From the sequence record PZ402305.1: a stretch of 64,000 bases of DNA. One strand, 5' to 3'. Made by a program: the position numbers and the translations under genes. Positions 47,688 to 56,208 of this stretch are shown here, piece by piece (positions within the stretch are counted from its first letter, which is position 1; the number at the start of each line of letters is the position of its first letter). The notes beneath the pieces were generated by a model. The model was not told the DNA's origin and did not search any database. It worked only from the letters and a program-made list of their open reading frames with translations. The DNA is from a phage.

Positions 47688-48635
47688 CTACAAACTTTCA
47701 ATAACCTGGCGTCGCAACTCGTTTGCATCTGCCAGATTATAATGTGTTCGAACATGTTCAGCCAAGAACAAGCCACGATCTTCCCGATAGTTTGGATTGC
47801 GAAGAAGCTTAACAATTTCGTAATGCCATTCTGCTTTATTCTCTGCGTAAGCAACAGCGCGAGCATCTACAGGGTTAAAATAAGGTAATACCTTAGAACA
47901 AACAATTGGAATACCTTTTGCTCCAGCTTCCAGGATTTTGAGATTACTTTTACAATTATTAAAATCATTATCTACCAAAGGAGCTATAGCAATAGCATGA
48001 CTTTCGTAAACACTCATGTAATTATCTAAATCTTTTACAGCGGCTTTATATTTGGCATTTGGTAAATTTCTGCGAATCTTAATCCACTCTTGTCCCGTGA
48101 TGCTTTGTGATGCTTCATATCCCGCAATAGTAAGAAGTTCATCATCGAAAGTATTAGAGACTAGTCGTAAGTCTGGTTCGTGACTAGCACCGCCAGCCCA
48201 TACAACAGGGGTACCGGATGAACGATCATTTGACAAAGTGAATTGTCCGCTATCAAAAGGAAGTGCATTTCGGATCACAACAACATTCCTATTTAAGTGA
48301 CGGATCTTATATGCCAAATATTCCGTAGTCACAATAACCACATCAGCAAGCTTAACCATAGCTACAATAGCATGAGTGTTTGACTCGTATAGACTTGCTA
48401 AATAATGTTCTGGATTAAGTTGGTAAAAATCATCTAAGTCTACAACAACCTTAACACCTTGACGTTTCAAAGATAAAACGTATTCTGCACCTTTAGAGTG
48501 GATACGGTTAAACACAACAACATCTTTCTTAGGTTGAATATTATTGTTGTTAAATGGTATAACAATACGATGATAGTCACAACCGCTGTGAGGTTTTGCA
48601 TCAATTTTTAGTTTAGACCATTTTTTATTTGACAT
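47688..48635 (-). CDS. Glycosyltransferase, GT-B-fold-like (paralog 1 of tandem pair)
   Basis: 315-aa ORF; clear collinear similarity to 46736..47680. Confidence 0.45.
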   Translation of the reverse strand: MSNKKWSKLKIDAKPHSGCDYHRIVIPFNNNNIQPKKDVVVFNRIHSKGAEYVLSLKRQGVKVVVDLDDFYQLNPEHYLASLYESNTHAIVAMVKLADVVIVTTEYLAYKIRHLNRNVVVIRNALPFDSGQFTLSNDRSSGTPVVWAGGASHEPDLRLVSNTFDDELLTIAGYEASQSITGQEWIKIRRNLPNAKYKAAVKDLDNYMSVYESHAIAIAPLVDNDFNNCKSNLKILEAGAKGIPIVCSKVLPYFNPVDARAVAYAENKAEWHYEIVKLLRNPNYREDRGLFLAEHVRTHYNLADANELRRQVIESL

Positions 48636-49308
48636 GTGCTAGTGCCTCCTCATAGGAAATTCGGATTTTCCCATTTTTAATATCCTCTAAAGATGCTTTA
48701 TATTCTTCCCAGTTAATCCCAATAGCAGCCTCTTTCTCTTCTTTTGTCAGGTTAGCAAAAGGCATAGGATTGTTTCCAAAAACATCGTCTGGGTGGATAT
48801 AAGCCATGATACGAAGTGGACAAGGTGTTGCCTGAATACCATGATTCAAACCAGCAGCTTGCAAACGGTGTCCCCATTCAGCATCTTCAAAACCATAACC
48901 GTGAGTGTAAGGACGGAAATAACCCATCTTCTCAACAACGGCACGAGAATACATTGCAAATTGACACATTGCAAGTTCCCAGAGAATAACTTCTCCTTTG
49001 CTTCCAACAACTTTATCTTTGAAATACTCCGGCATACCAAAGAAATCCCATCCTCCAGAGACAGCTTGATCTACAAAGTATGTTTCCCATCCCTCCATGA
49101 CTGGGTAGCAATCATCGTCAAAAATAAACCAATAATCATAACCTTCTTCATAAAACTGGTGCATAAGTTCATTCCTGGCATAAGCTACACCTTTACGATC
49201 TGGATCGTTGAATACTCGAAAATCTGCACGTGGATCTGTTACAAGGTAGTCTTTAAGTGGACGGACACCTACAGTGATAACACCCACTCCGATTTTAATA
49301 TTTTCCAT
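48625..49308 (-). CDS. Glycosyltransferase, GT-A fold (family-2-like)
   Basis: 227-aa ORF with N-terminal GVGVITVGVRP, acidic DxD-type motif YWFIFDDDCYP, and GYGFEDAEWGHRL resembling the GT2 signature. Confidence 0.55.
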   Translation of the reverse strand: MENIKIGVGVITVGVRPLKDYLVTDPRADFRVFNDPDRKGVAYARNELMHQFYEEGYDYWFIFDDDCYPVMEGWETYFVDQAVSGGWDFFGMPEYFKDKVVGSKGEVILWELAMCQFAMYSRAVVEKMGYFRPYTHGYGFEDAEWGHRLQAAGLNHGIQATPCPLRIMAYIHPDDVFGNNPMPFANLTKEEKEAAIGINWEEYKASLEDIKNGKIRISYEEALAHVK

Positions 49309-49316
49309 TTTCTCTC

Positions 49317-49880
49317 CTAAATAGTTTTACTGTGATCATGACAGTGTAATAAATGATGTATAGACCGTTGAGGATTTGTTTGACCTAATCTGTAAATGTG
49401 AAACAGATACATTCCCCGCATCAATCCTAACCTCTTTCCTTTTTCATGTAAAGTGCGAGAGAAAATTAAGTCGAATTGGATAGATTTTTCTTCGAAAGGA
49501 ATTTCATTCCACAATGATTTTCTAAAAAGCAAAAAGAAACCTGCCAGAGGTGTTCCGAAAGGAACTTCTTCAACACTTACTTTATGATATTCTCTTGCAA
49601 TCTTAGCATATTCTATATGGTTTAGAATATCGGGATCATCGTTAATTTGGTTAGAGAAAAGCTGATAACCACTACCTAACCTGTTACAAGTTGCACCTAT
49701 TACATCAAAAGGCGGGTTTGACATAACAAGCTCTTCAAGCATAGAGGGTTGATCAGGTAGGAGGAACATTGTATCGGTATCTCTTAAACACACCCAACTA
49801 TCATCTGGAAGAACGGCAATGGCTTCATTGATAGCCTTGCCGATATTTCCTGTCAGATAGGGAGTAATATAATAAATCAT
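49317..49880 (-). CDS. Glycosyltransferase-like protein (GT-A-like, putative)
   Basis: 187-aa ORF with LRDTDTMF (DxD-like) motif; adjacent to three other glycosyltransferase-like genes. Confidence 0.35.
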   Translation of the reverse strand: MIYYITPYLTGNIGKAINEAIAVLPDDSWVCLRDTDTMFLLPDQPSMLEELVMSNPPFDVIGATCNRLGSGYQLFSNQINDDPDILNHIEYAKIAREYHKVSVEEVPFGTPLAGFFLLFRKSLWNEIPFEEKSIQFDLIFSRTLHEKGKRLGLMRGMYLFHIYRLGQTNPQRSIHHLLHCHDHSKTI

Positions 49881-49896
49881 TCTCCCCTCCGTTATA

Positions 49897-50088
49897 TTAA
49901 CTGTCAGCTACAATCCCACGTTTAATCATTTCTTGTTGGATCTGAATCACACGATCTCGTGCTTCCATATATTCTTTAAAAGATTCTTGGAGATGGTCAC
50001 GGGCTACGTCCCGTAGTTTAATCAGTTTGTCGTTTGTCACTTCTTGAAGACAGATCTCGCCAGTTTCATTGGTCCCAAGCGTTTTCAT
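49897..50088 (-). CDS. Hypothetical small protein
   Basis: 63-aa ORF. Confidence 0.4.
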   Translation of the reverse strand: MKTLGTNETGEICLQEVTNDKLIKLRDVARDHLQESFKEYMEARDRVIQIQQEMIKRGIVADS

Positions 50089-50344
50089 TTACAACCTCCT
50101 TAATAGCTACTGCACAGTTCTTACAAATACATTGACCTTTGTTCTTAGAAATTTCAATGTAAGGTTCATTTTCGTTTTCTCCGCGTCGTGAGTCATATAT
50201 TACTGTATTGAAGCAGACAACGCAAATGTTTTTAATAACGACATATTTTTGCACTTTCTGTTTAGTGCGAAAATTGACTTCAATGACTTCTCCCATCAAT
50301 GAATCTCCCCTAAAATGTTGTTTTGAGACATTACTGCGGAGCAT
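50066..50344 (-). CDS. Small Cys-rich (zinc-finger-like) protein
   Basis: 92-aa ORF with CVVC ... CICKNC. Confidence 0.45.
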   Translation of the reverse strand: MLRSNVSKQHFRGDSLMGEVIEVNFRTKQKVQKYVVIKNICVVCFNTVIYDSRRGENENEPYIEISKNKGQCICKNCAVAIKEVVNENAWDQ

Positions 50345-50580
50345 TCTACAGCATCATGAGTCCTTGCAAAACGCTCCCACAACACAGCATCTACTTTAAG
50401 AACCATACAAGGATAAATACTGTCGTTGATCATGTCAATGCTATATTTATCTACATCCTTTTCATCTTCCATAAACAAAGTAGCGTATGCTTCTAAATGC
50501 TTACGGGTGTAGTATACATCCTCTTCAGTAAGACCGACAACCAGGTAACTTGCTACAACAACAGTATTATCTTCTTGCAT
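50296..50580 (-). CDS. Hypothetical protein (start revised to ATG 50580)
   Basis: Internal ATG preceded by GGGGAG RBS lies just after the hydrolase stop; the track start 50643 would overlap the hydrolase by 62 nt. Confidence 0.5.
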   Translation of the reverse strand: MQEDNTVVVASYLVVGLTEEDVYYTRKHLEAYATLFMEDEKDVDKYSIDMINDSIYPCMVLKVDAVLWERFARTHDAVECSAVMSQNNILGEIH

Positions 50581-50581
50581 T

Positions 50582-51103
50582 TTAACTCCCCTTTGGTAGA
50601 TAGAAACCATGCACTTTATCTCGATAAACAAGACGCATATCACGTTCCCAGTGTGTCCTTATATTCCGTTTCTTGAAGTATAGAGCACCTTTAGTAACAT
50701 CTAAAACAGACCGCAATTCAGGAAAATGTTTCTCTAAATAAAGTAAACGCTCCGCTATTGCTTTTGCTTCCTGCCACTTATCTTTCTCTGTTACGTTAAA
50801 AGTTTTCGCATATGAGAATTGCCCTTTCTGGAACAAGACTTCTCTGACTGTGTTAGGGAAGTAGGTATCATTTCTTCTGTTGATTACCACATTCCCAACG
50901 GCATTCATTCCTTTTTTACCCAGACCGCGACCTTCTGCGTAAATTGCACAAGCTAATAGAATTTTATCATTATATTGCTTTGTACATTTGTGAACTACTT
51001 TAGCGGTTTTTACGTTTGCAGCTTCGGCTTTCGCCACAACAGGTGTAAATGTAAAAGCAGTTAAGGATAGTAACGCAACTGTTACAAAGTTTTTTATCAG
51101 CAA
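50582..51103 (-). CDS. Secreted cell-wall hydrolase (SleB/Hydrolase_2-like), candidate endolysin
   Basis: 173-aa ORF; N-terminal signal peptide (MLIKNFVTVALLSLTAFTFTPVVAKA); CAIYAEGRG motif resembling SleB-type hydrolases; TTG start with AAGGAGG RBS and own promoter. Confidence 0.5.
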   Translation of the reverse strand: MLIKNFVTVALLSLTAFTFTPVVAKAEAANVKTAKVVHKCTKQYNDKILLACAIYAEGRGLGKKGMNAVGNVVINRRNDTYFPNTVREVLFQKGQFSYAKTFNVTEKDKWQEAKAIAERLLYLEKHFPELRSVLDVTKGALYFKKRNIRTHWERDMRLVYRDKVHGFYLPKGS

Positions 51104-51135
51104 ATTTTGCCTCCTTTTTAAGTTAACGAATTTCT

Positions 51136-51164
51136 AGTATAACACGATAGAGGCTTTATTGCAA
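51136..51164 (-). promoter_or_regulatory. Sigma70-like promoter (TTGCAA-N17-TATACT, TG-extended) for the hydrolase gene
   Basis: -35 at 51159-51164 and -10 at 51136-51141 on minus strand; about 25-nt leader with RBS. Confidence 0.55.
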
Positions 51165-51184
51165 GAGGGGGATTTCTCCCCCTC
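51165..51184 (-). terminator. Terminator-like hairpin after TerD gene
   Basis: Minus-strand gaggggg-agaaau-cccccuc stem-loop 20 nt after the TerD stop; U-tract weak. Confidence 0.4.
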
Positions 51185-51202
51185 AAAATCATTTGTTAAT
51201 TA

Positions 51203-51805
51203 TTATGGACATTCATACCATTCTTTTTTACCACCGAAGGCCATCACCACATCACAAATATCCAGACCAGCTTTGCCTACACCATATGCTTTCAGCTTCC
51301 ATTCCCCATCTTCACGAACCAAGGAAGCCACGTGGCAGATTGTGTTGCCAGCTACTTCAGGAGCCAGGAAGTCAAAATCCAGAATTTCCACATTGCGCTC
51401 GGAGTCGAAGATTTTAAGCATACCTTCAGAAGCATGACCAAAACGTTTCAGACCTGTATCATCATCAATGGTCAGAACAAAGGCAATCTCTTGTGCATCA
51501 GGAGAGATTTTAGCCAGAGTAATATCAATCTGCTCCATGCTGCCAGTTCCATCACGAACATCGTCACCAGCGAAGGTAGAACGTTCAGGATCAAACTTGT
51601 TAGCATAGCAAACCAGATGACGTGCAGACAGCATTTCAGGATTGCCAGCGGCATTGTGACGACAAACCAGTGCACTTACATCCAGATCCAGTTTAGAATC
51701 AGATTTCCAAGAGAATTCCAGGCGCAGTTCTTTCAGAGCCGGAGCAACCTTCTTCAGGGAAATTTTTTCGCTAGAGCCTTTTTTCAGGGAAATTTTATCA
51801 GTCAT
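51203..51805 (-). CDS. terD: TerD-family protein (tellurite-resistance/stress response TerD domain)
   Basis: 200-aa ORF; collinear with TerD proteins: N-terminal ISLKK repeats, LDLDVSALV, FVLTIDDD and C-terminal GEWKLKAYGVGKAGL. Confidence 0.8.
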   Translation of the reverse strand: MTDKISLKKGSSEKISLKKVAPALKELRLEFSWKSDSKLDLDVSALVCRHNAAGNPEMLSARHLVCYANKFDPERSTFAGDDVRDGTGSMEQIDITLAKISPDAQEIAFVLTIDDDTGLKRFGHASEGMLKIFDSERNVEILDFDFLAPEVAGNTICHVASLVREDGEWKLKAYGVGKAGLDICDVVMAFGGKKEWYECP

Positions 51806-51820
51806 CTTTTGTCTCCTCTA

Positions 51821-52090
51821 TTATTTAAGTGTAATACCAGTTACAGTCAATTCTACTTCCAAAAGCTTAGATGTGTTTTGGATTGATACTAATTGTGCAT
51901 GATGGTTTAGTTCTACAGCAGAATAATCATTTTCCCCATCATCTACTTTTAAATAAACAATAATTTCACTAAGGTCTAAACCATTTTCGTCAAATGCATT
52001 TTCATAGACGAAAGTATCTCCTACATCCAAATCTTTAATAGTAAGGCATCGTTTATTTACTTTTTGCTCATCAATTTCGAAGTTTAACAC
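51821..52090 (-). CDS. Small protein, paralog B of a duplicated ~90-aa family
   Basis: 89-aa ORF, GTG start with AGGAGG RBS; shares DLDVGxTF ... GLD ... TxTGITLK with 53112..53390. Confidence 0.55.
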   Translation of the reverse strand: MLNFEIDEQKVNKRCLTIKDLDVGDTFVYENAFDENGLDLSEIIVYLKVDDGENDYSAVELNHHAQLVSIQNTSKLLEVELTVTGITLK

Positions 52091-52319
52091 TTCTTCCTCC
52101 TAATGTTATCTCCGGTTTGTATATACGAAGAATTATAGCATTTTCATTTTCTTTGTCAACCCATTCTTCATAATCAGGCCATACATGAATCTCTACTCTA
52201 CTTACAATATCTTCCATTCGCACAGTCCCAATGAAATACTCTTTGAGACTGCGCATAATGAAAGCTTCTCTCTCACGCCAATAATTTTCTATGACTTGAG
52301 AGGCAAGCTCGTCGATCAT
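52071..52319 (-). CDS. Hypothetical small protein
   Basis: 82-aa ORF; start overlaps vWA stop (ATGA). Confidence 0.45.
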   Translation of the reverse strand: MIDELASQVIENYWREREAFIMRSLKEYFIGTVRMEDIVSRVEIHVWPDYEEWVDKENENAIILRIYKPEITLGGRSVKLRN

Positions 52320-53110
52320 TTTTTAGCACCTACTTTAACAACCCACTCTCCGAACTCTTCAGATAAGAGTTTGTCATAAAGCTCTGAATCTGTCAAGTCT
52401 AAATCTTTAATGCCAATAAAACCAACATTATCATAAGCATTTGCCAGTTCTTTCAGGAAGCCAAACTTCTCATTACCAACGCCAACCATGAACCAATAAA
52501 TAGGTTTATTCTTATTCTCTTCGATAAGACGACGAACAGCACTAGGATCACCATTCTCACCATCAGTCTGGAAGAATACAACACCAGGGGTAACGTCAGA
52601 ACCTGGTTCAGATACAGCTACAACTTTTTCACGCTCTACAGACACTGTTTCAGTTTTACCAAGCAGACGATTAAAGAAGCCTTTCTTTGGAGCCTCCTCT
52701 TGTACCACTTGTTTAGTGGTAATATATTTAGTAACAGTGCCAAAATACTCATCGTAGATATCCGCCATTACAGGGGCGTAATTTGTTCCACCTCCGATAC
52801 GAACATTACGCATACATTTACCAACATAGTCATCGTAAACATCTGCTGTTGCTGGAGTAAGCTCTTGGGAACTCGTATTGAAGGCCCACATATCAATTTG
52901 TTGATTATCGTCGAACAGCATACCAAAAGGAAGCAGTTTACCTACAAAATCACTCACTACCCCACTAGAATATAGACCATGCATACTACCAGAAATATCT
53001 AGAGCACATGCTACACGAAGAACAATCTTACCTTCATTCAGGTTCTTATTCTTTTTCAGAGAGAAAGCAAGGTTTTCTTGACGTTTTTTCAGGCTGATTT
53101 TCTCGGACAT
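52316..53110 (-). CDS. vWA-domain protein (TerY/TerF-like) with TerD-like N-terminal ISLKK motif
   Basis: 264-aa ORF; MIDAS motif DISGSM at start of a vWA-like domain; N-terminus MSEKISLKK mirrors the TerD N-terminus; AAGGAG RBS. Confidence 0.65.
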   Translation of the reverse strand: MSEKISLKKRQENLAFSLKKNKNLNEGKIVLRVACALDISGSMHGLYSSGVVSDFVGKLLPFGMLFDDNQQIDMWAFNTSSQELTPATADVYDDYVGKCMRNVRIGGGTNYAPVMADIYDEYFGTVTKYITTKQVVQEEAPKKGFFNRLLGKTETVSVEREKVVAVSEPGSDVTPGVVFFQTDGENGDPSAVRRLIEENKNKPIYWFMVGVGNEKFGFLKELANAYDNVGFIGIKDLDLTDSELYDKLLSEEFGEWVVKVGAKK

Positions 53111-53111
53111 A

Positions 53112-53390
53112 TTATTTCTCCTTCTTAAGTGTAATATTGGTAACTTCTAAATCTACTTCCACCATATTTGTATCTGGTGGGATGCAATGAGTATAGCCTC
53201 GTTGTGCTAGTGATCCATTAATACAGATCGCACTGTTTGTGGAATTTTTAATGAACACCAAGTTACGGTAGGTATCCAACCCTGCGTCTTCATAGGCATC
53301 ATAATACATGAATGTGGCCCCTACGTCAAGATCTTCGAAAGCAATAGGTAAATCCTGACTTTTTTCTTCTTGAATATTGAATCTAAACAC
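53112..53390 (-). CDS. Small protein, paralog A of duplicated family (start revised to internal GTG)
   Basis: Internal GTG at 53390 has a GAGGAGG RBS and aligns with the start of paralog B; track start 53456 lacks an RBS. Confidence 0.5.
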   Translation of the reverse strand: MFRFNIQEEKSQDLPIAFEDLDVGATFMYYDAYEDAGLDTYRNLVFIKNSTNSAICINGSLAQRGYTHCIPPDTNMVEVDLEVTNITLKKEK

Positions 53391-53946
53391 GCATACCTCC
53401 TCTACCAATTTTGAAGCCCAAATCGTAAGCTTCCTTAGTGATCTTTTGTAACTCACTTATAGGAAGTGTTACAAGAGGATCATCTTCTTCAATTTCCATC
53501 TTGTCATCTTCTGTTTCAATGAGAGTATTATGCACTTTGTGATAAGGGTTGTCAACACGTTTAAACTTATTCTTTTCTGTGCTGAAAAAACAATCTGGAT
53601 CTTCTTCACCATCACCCCAACCTTGGTTAGGATCTCCGTCAGATTGTTCTGTAGGGATTTCACCTGTAAAGTACTCTTCCAGCACCATAGCGATACCGTC
53701 CCTTGGATTTGAGGAATGCATCAAATCACAAACCTTACTCCAATCCATAGCCCATTCGAACCGTTCACGAACGCCGTTTTCATCCTCCTTTCCAGAGAAA
53801 ACACAACCATAACTATCATAGTTGCCATACATCTCTTCAATAACAACACCGTCCTTCAAAAGAAAGAGATAACAAGGCGATCCGTCGAAAGAAGTAGAAA
53901 GGGCAGCTTTGCCCGATTCTTTGCACAAAAAGCTAAAACAACCCAT
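53383..53946 (-). CDS. Hypothetical acidic protein
   Basis: 187-aa ORF within the Ter-like block; start overlaps upstream stop. Confidence 0.5.
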   Translation of the reverse strand: MGCFSFLCKESGKAALSTSFDGSPCYLFLLKDGVVIEEMYGNYDSYGCVFSGKEDENGVRERFEWAMDWSKVCDLMHSSNPRDGIAMVLEEYFTGEIPTEQSDGDPNQGWGDGEEDPDCFFSTEKNKFKRVDNPYHKVHNTLIETEDDKMEIEEDDPLVTLPISELQKITKEAYDLGFKIGRGGMRV

Positions 53947-54149
53947 TACAAACCCTCCTTCAGATTATCAAGAGCTACAGTGGTTTCACAAAAGTCTCCA
54001 TAAGTTTTATGATGTTCCAGAAAAGCTTCGGGTCCACCCCAGTCATTATCTTGTGTATTCCAGCCATCAATAAAAGCATCTTCAATGATTGTGATCAGTT
54101 CTTGTCGGGTTAACTGGATAATATTAGGATCGTTATCGTAGTTAAACAT
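53946..54149 (-). CDS. Hypothetical small protein
   Basis: 67-aa ORF; ATG overlaps the stop of the upstream micro-ORF. Confidence 0.45.
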   Translation of the reverse strand: MFNYDNDPNIIQLTRQELITIIEDAFIDGWNTQDNDWGGPEAFLEHHKTYGDFCETTVALDNLKEGL

Positions 54150-54315
54150 CCTCTTCCTCCTCTAAAATATGGAACCCGTAATTACAATAGTCCTGAAAGG
54201 TTTCGTGCGCAAGATCTTCTATATCCTCTTGAGACATATCATCTTCAATTTCGATATCCACAACCTCATTGCATCCACACCAAGCAGTTTCAATATTCAC
54301 TCGTAATATTTTCAT
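54142..54315 (-). CDS. Hypothetical small acidic protein (57 aa; shorter than the ORF track's 60-aa cut-off)
   Basis: ATG overlaps upstream stop (TAATG) and follows a GAGGAGGAG RBS; its stop overlaps the next start. Confidence 0.4.
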   Translation of the reverse strand: MKILRVNIETAWCGCNEVVDIEIEDDMSQEDIEDLAHETFQDYCNYGFHILEEEEDV

Positions 54316-54509
54316 TACTCCTCCTCATTGAAGTCAATATCTGCAAGGAGTTCGAATTTACGGAAGTTACGACAACCTTCATAAATATAACAATCACGAC
54401 AAACTGCTAGAACACTTGGGGGATATATGCCTCCCATCGGTGCGAATCGTTTTTCGTCATCATAACGGACACCAATGTCTTCATCAATTATATAGATACG
54501 GATTCTCAT
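54315..54509 (-). CDS. Hypothetical small protein
   Basis: 64-aa ORF; start overlaps TelA-like stop. Confidence 0.45.
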   Translation of the reverse strand: MRIRIYIIDEDIGVRYDDEKRFAPMGGIYPPSVLAVCRDCYIYEGCRNFRKFELLADIDFNEEE

Positions 54510-55618
54510 TTACCAAGCCCTCGTTTCACAGCAGCTACCATCCCGTCTTCCAGAGATTGAACTTCATTAATATAATCAACACGAGCAGCACGGGCTTCCG
54601 TATTGATGCGGTTAGTTTCTTCCAGCATCTTAACCAAGTTTTCCTGATCGTGACGCAGAGTTTCAATATCCAACACTTGACGGTTAGCCAGTGCTGCTGC
54701 TTCGATCTGATTCTGTGTGGCAAGATCGCTACCCAGTTTAATTGCCAGGTTAAATTCATCAAGAACGTTATTCTGCGTCTCTGCTGCTTTCATTTGACGT
54801 AAGCTCTCGATATACATTGAGAAGTTAGCAGAGTAAGCAGGAATAACATTATTTACTATGTTACGCGCAGATCGCATTAAGCTTGCAGAAACTTTTTGCA
54901 TACCTTGTACACGCGGTCCCATTTGGACACACAGTAGGCGCAATGCTTTTAAATCTGCAATACGAATCTCCAGAAGATCCAAAGTATCTCGGATCACTTG
55001 TCGCTGTTCTACTGCATCTTCTGGAAGAGCAGCCAAAGCTTGTTCTTCTTTTTCATAGGTTGCTGTTAGAAGCTGCATATCTCGGTTCAAACTTGCAGCA
55101 TATTGTCCAATAGCTTGATGTAGCTTTTCAAGATATACCAAGGAATCTTCTTCTTTGCGAATATCCATTTGAAGGTTCTTTACCAACTCTTCAATACGGT
55201 TATTAACATTATCAAACTCCCCAAACAGGTCTTCTTTCATACCCATAACTTTTTTAATGAGTTTAGTAATACCCTTGCTTTGTTTAATAGAGTTTGGATC
55301 AAGTTGTTTTGCCTGTTTAATCAAAGCTGTGAGTCGTTCACTCATCTGATCGCCTTGATTACTACGTTGATGTTTTAATACCTCGGCATTCAAGGAACGC
55401 AAGGTTGTTCCTGCCTCTGCCCCAATCTCTTCGATCTCTTGTCGGGTCATAGAAGGCAAAACTGGAACTTCTTGCGGTGCCGCTGGTGCATAAACAGGAC
55501 TGGCATCTAACACGCTTGGAGCGAATACAGATTTACTTGCATCTGTTGTTGCAGCAAATACGCTCATTTCAGGCTTCTTCTGACCACCAGTAGCTGCTTT
55601 TAAAAATGGACTTGTCAT
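54506..55618 (-). CDS. TelA-like (toxic anion resistance / KlaB-like) protein, putative
   Basis: 370-aa largely alpha-helical, Gln/Leu/Glu-rich ORF of TelA-typical size, between TerD/vWA and TerC genes; call rests mainly on context. Confidence 0.4.
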   Translation of the reverse strand: MTSPFLKAATGGQKKPEMSVFAATTDASKSVFAPSVLDASPVYAPAAPQEVPVLPSMTRQEIEEIGAEAGTTLRSLNAEVLKHQRSNQGDQMSERLTALIKQAKQLDPNSIKQSKGITKLIKKVMGMKEDLFGEFDNVNNRIEELVKNLQMDIRKEEDSLVYLEKLHQAIGQYAASLNRDMQLLTATYEKEEQALAALPEDAVEQRQVIRDTLDLLEIRIADLKALRLLCVQMGPRVQGMQKVSASLMRSARNIVNNVIPAYSANFSMYIESLRQMKAAETQNNVLDEFNLAIKLGSDLATQNQIEAAALANRQVLDIETLRHDQENLVKMLEETNRINTEARAARVDYINEVQSLEDGMVAAVKRGLGK

Positions 55619-56205
55619 TCTTCATTCTCCTCTTCTGCATCTCTTATATATGGTGAAACACCGTACTCTTTAGCTACTTTAACCCAATCGTCCCATTTAT
55701 ACAACCATAATTTTCCTTCGGTCCCTTCTTTATCTGATTTCAACCACATATTAGGTTGCTTACCTGGGTACATGCGATTAGGTTTACGATTATAACCTCT
55801 AACACATCTTGTCGCAAACCTATCTACCAGAACAAGAACATATTTATACTCGTGGTTCAACGGCTCTTTGGAAGTGGCTTTAGGATTAGCCCCTAATTCT
55901 GCTGCCAGTTTTTGCCAATGAGCACCGTGCCTACTAAACTTACCCATACAACCATCAATAGCATGAGCAATTTCGTGCTTCATTGTATCCACGATCATAT
56001 CTCTTGTGGAGTTCTTATGCAAGTGCCAATTTACAACAACAATTTTATCTCGGTAGTTGCACCAACCGAAAGAGTTATTCACTTTGTTTCTAACACAAGC
56101 TTTATATCCTGCTTCACGTAACATGTTGTAGTAAACAGGAAAATCTTCTTTTATTTCCTGCATCACTTCCCACCACAAGAGTTGCAAGTCTCTCTCGGTA
56201 TGCAT
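55615..56205 (-). CDS. SprT-like zinc metallopeptidase (putative)
   Basis: 196-aa ORF with HEIAH (HExxH) zinc-binding motif and a downstream His. Confidence 0.45.
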   Translation of the reverse strand: MHTERDLQLLWWEVMQEIKEDFPVYYNMLREAGYKACVRNKVNNSFGWCNYRDKIVVVNWHLHKNSTRDMIVDTMKHEIAHAIDGCMGKFSRHGAHWQKLAAELGANPKATSKEPLNHEYKYVLVLVDRFATRCVRGYNRKPNRMYPGKQPNMWLKSDKEGTEGKLWLYKWDDWVKVAKEYGVSPYIRDAEEENEE

Positions 56206-56208
56206 AAC

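Noticed and set aside
53112-53456. Long forms of several track ORFs (53456, 59700, 50643, 61932, 57329, 8363, 6906 starts)
   Set aside because: These starts lack an RBS and overlap upstream genes or regulatory elements; in-frame internal starts with good Shine-Dalgarno sequences were preferred.
53383-53946. N-terminal MGC... of the 187-aa protein as an Ntn-hydrolase or amidotransferase nucleophile
   Set aside because: The Cys is not at position 2 after Met and no other amidotransferase motifs were recognised; too speculative.
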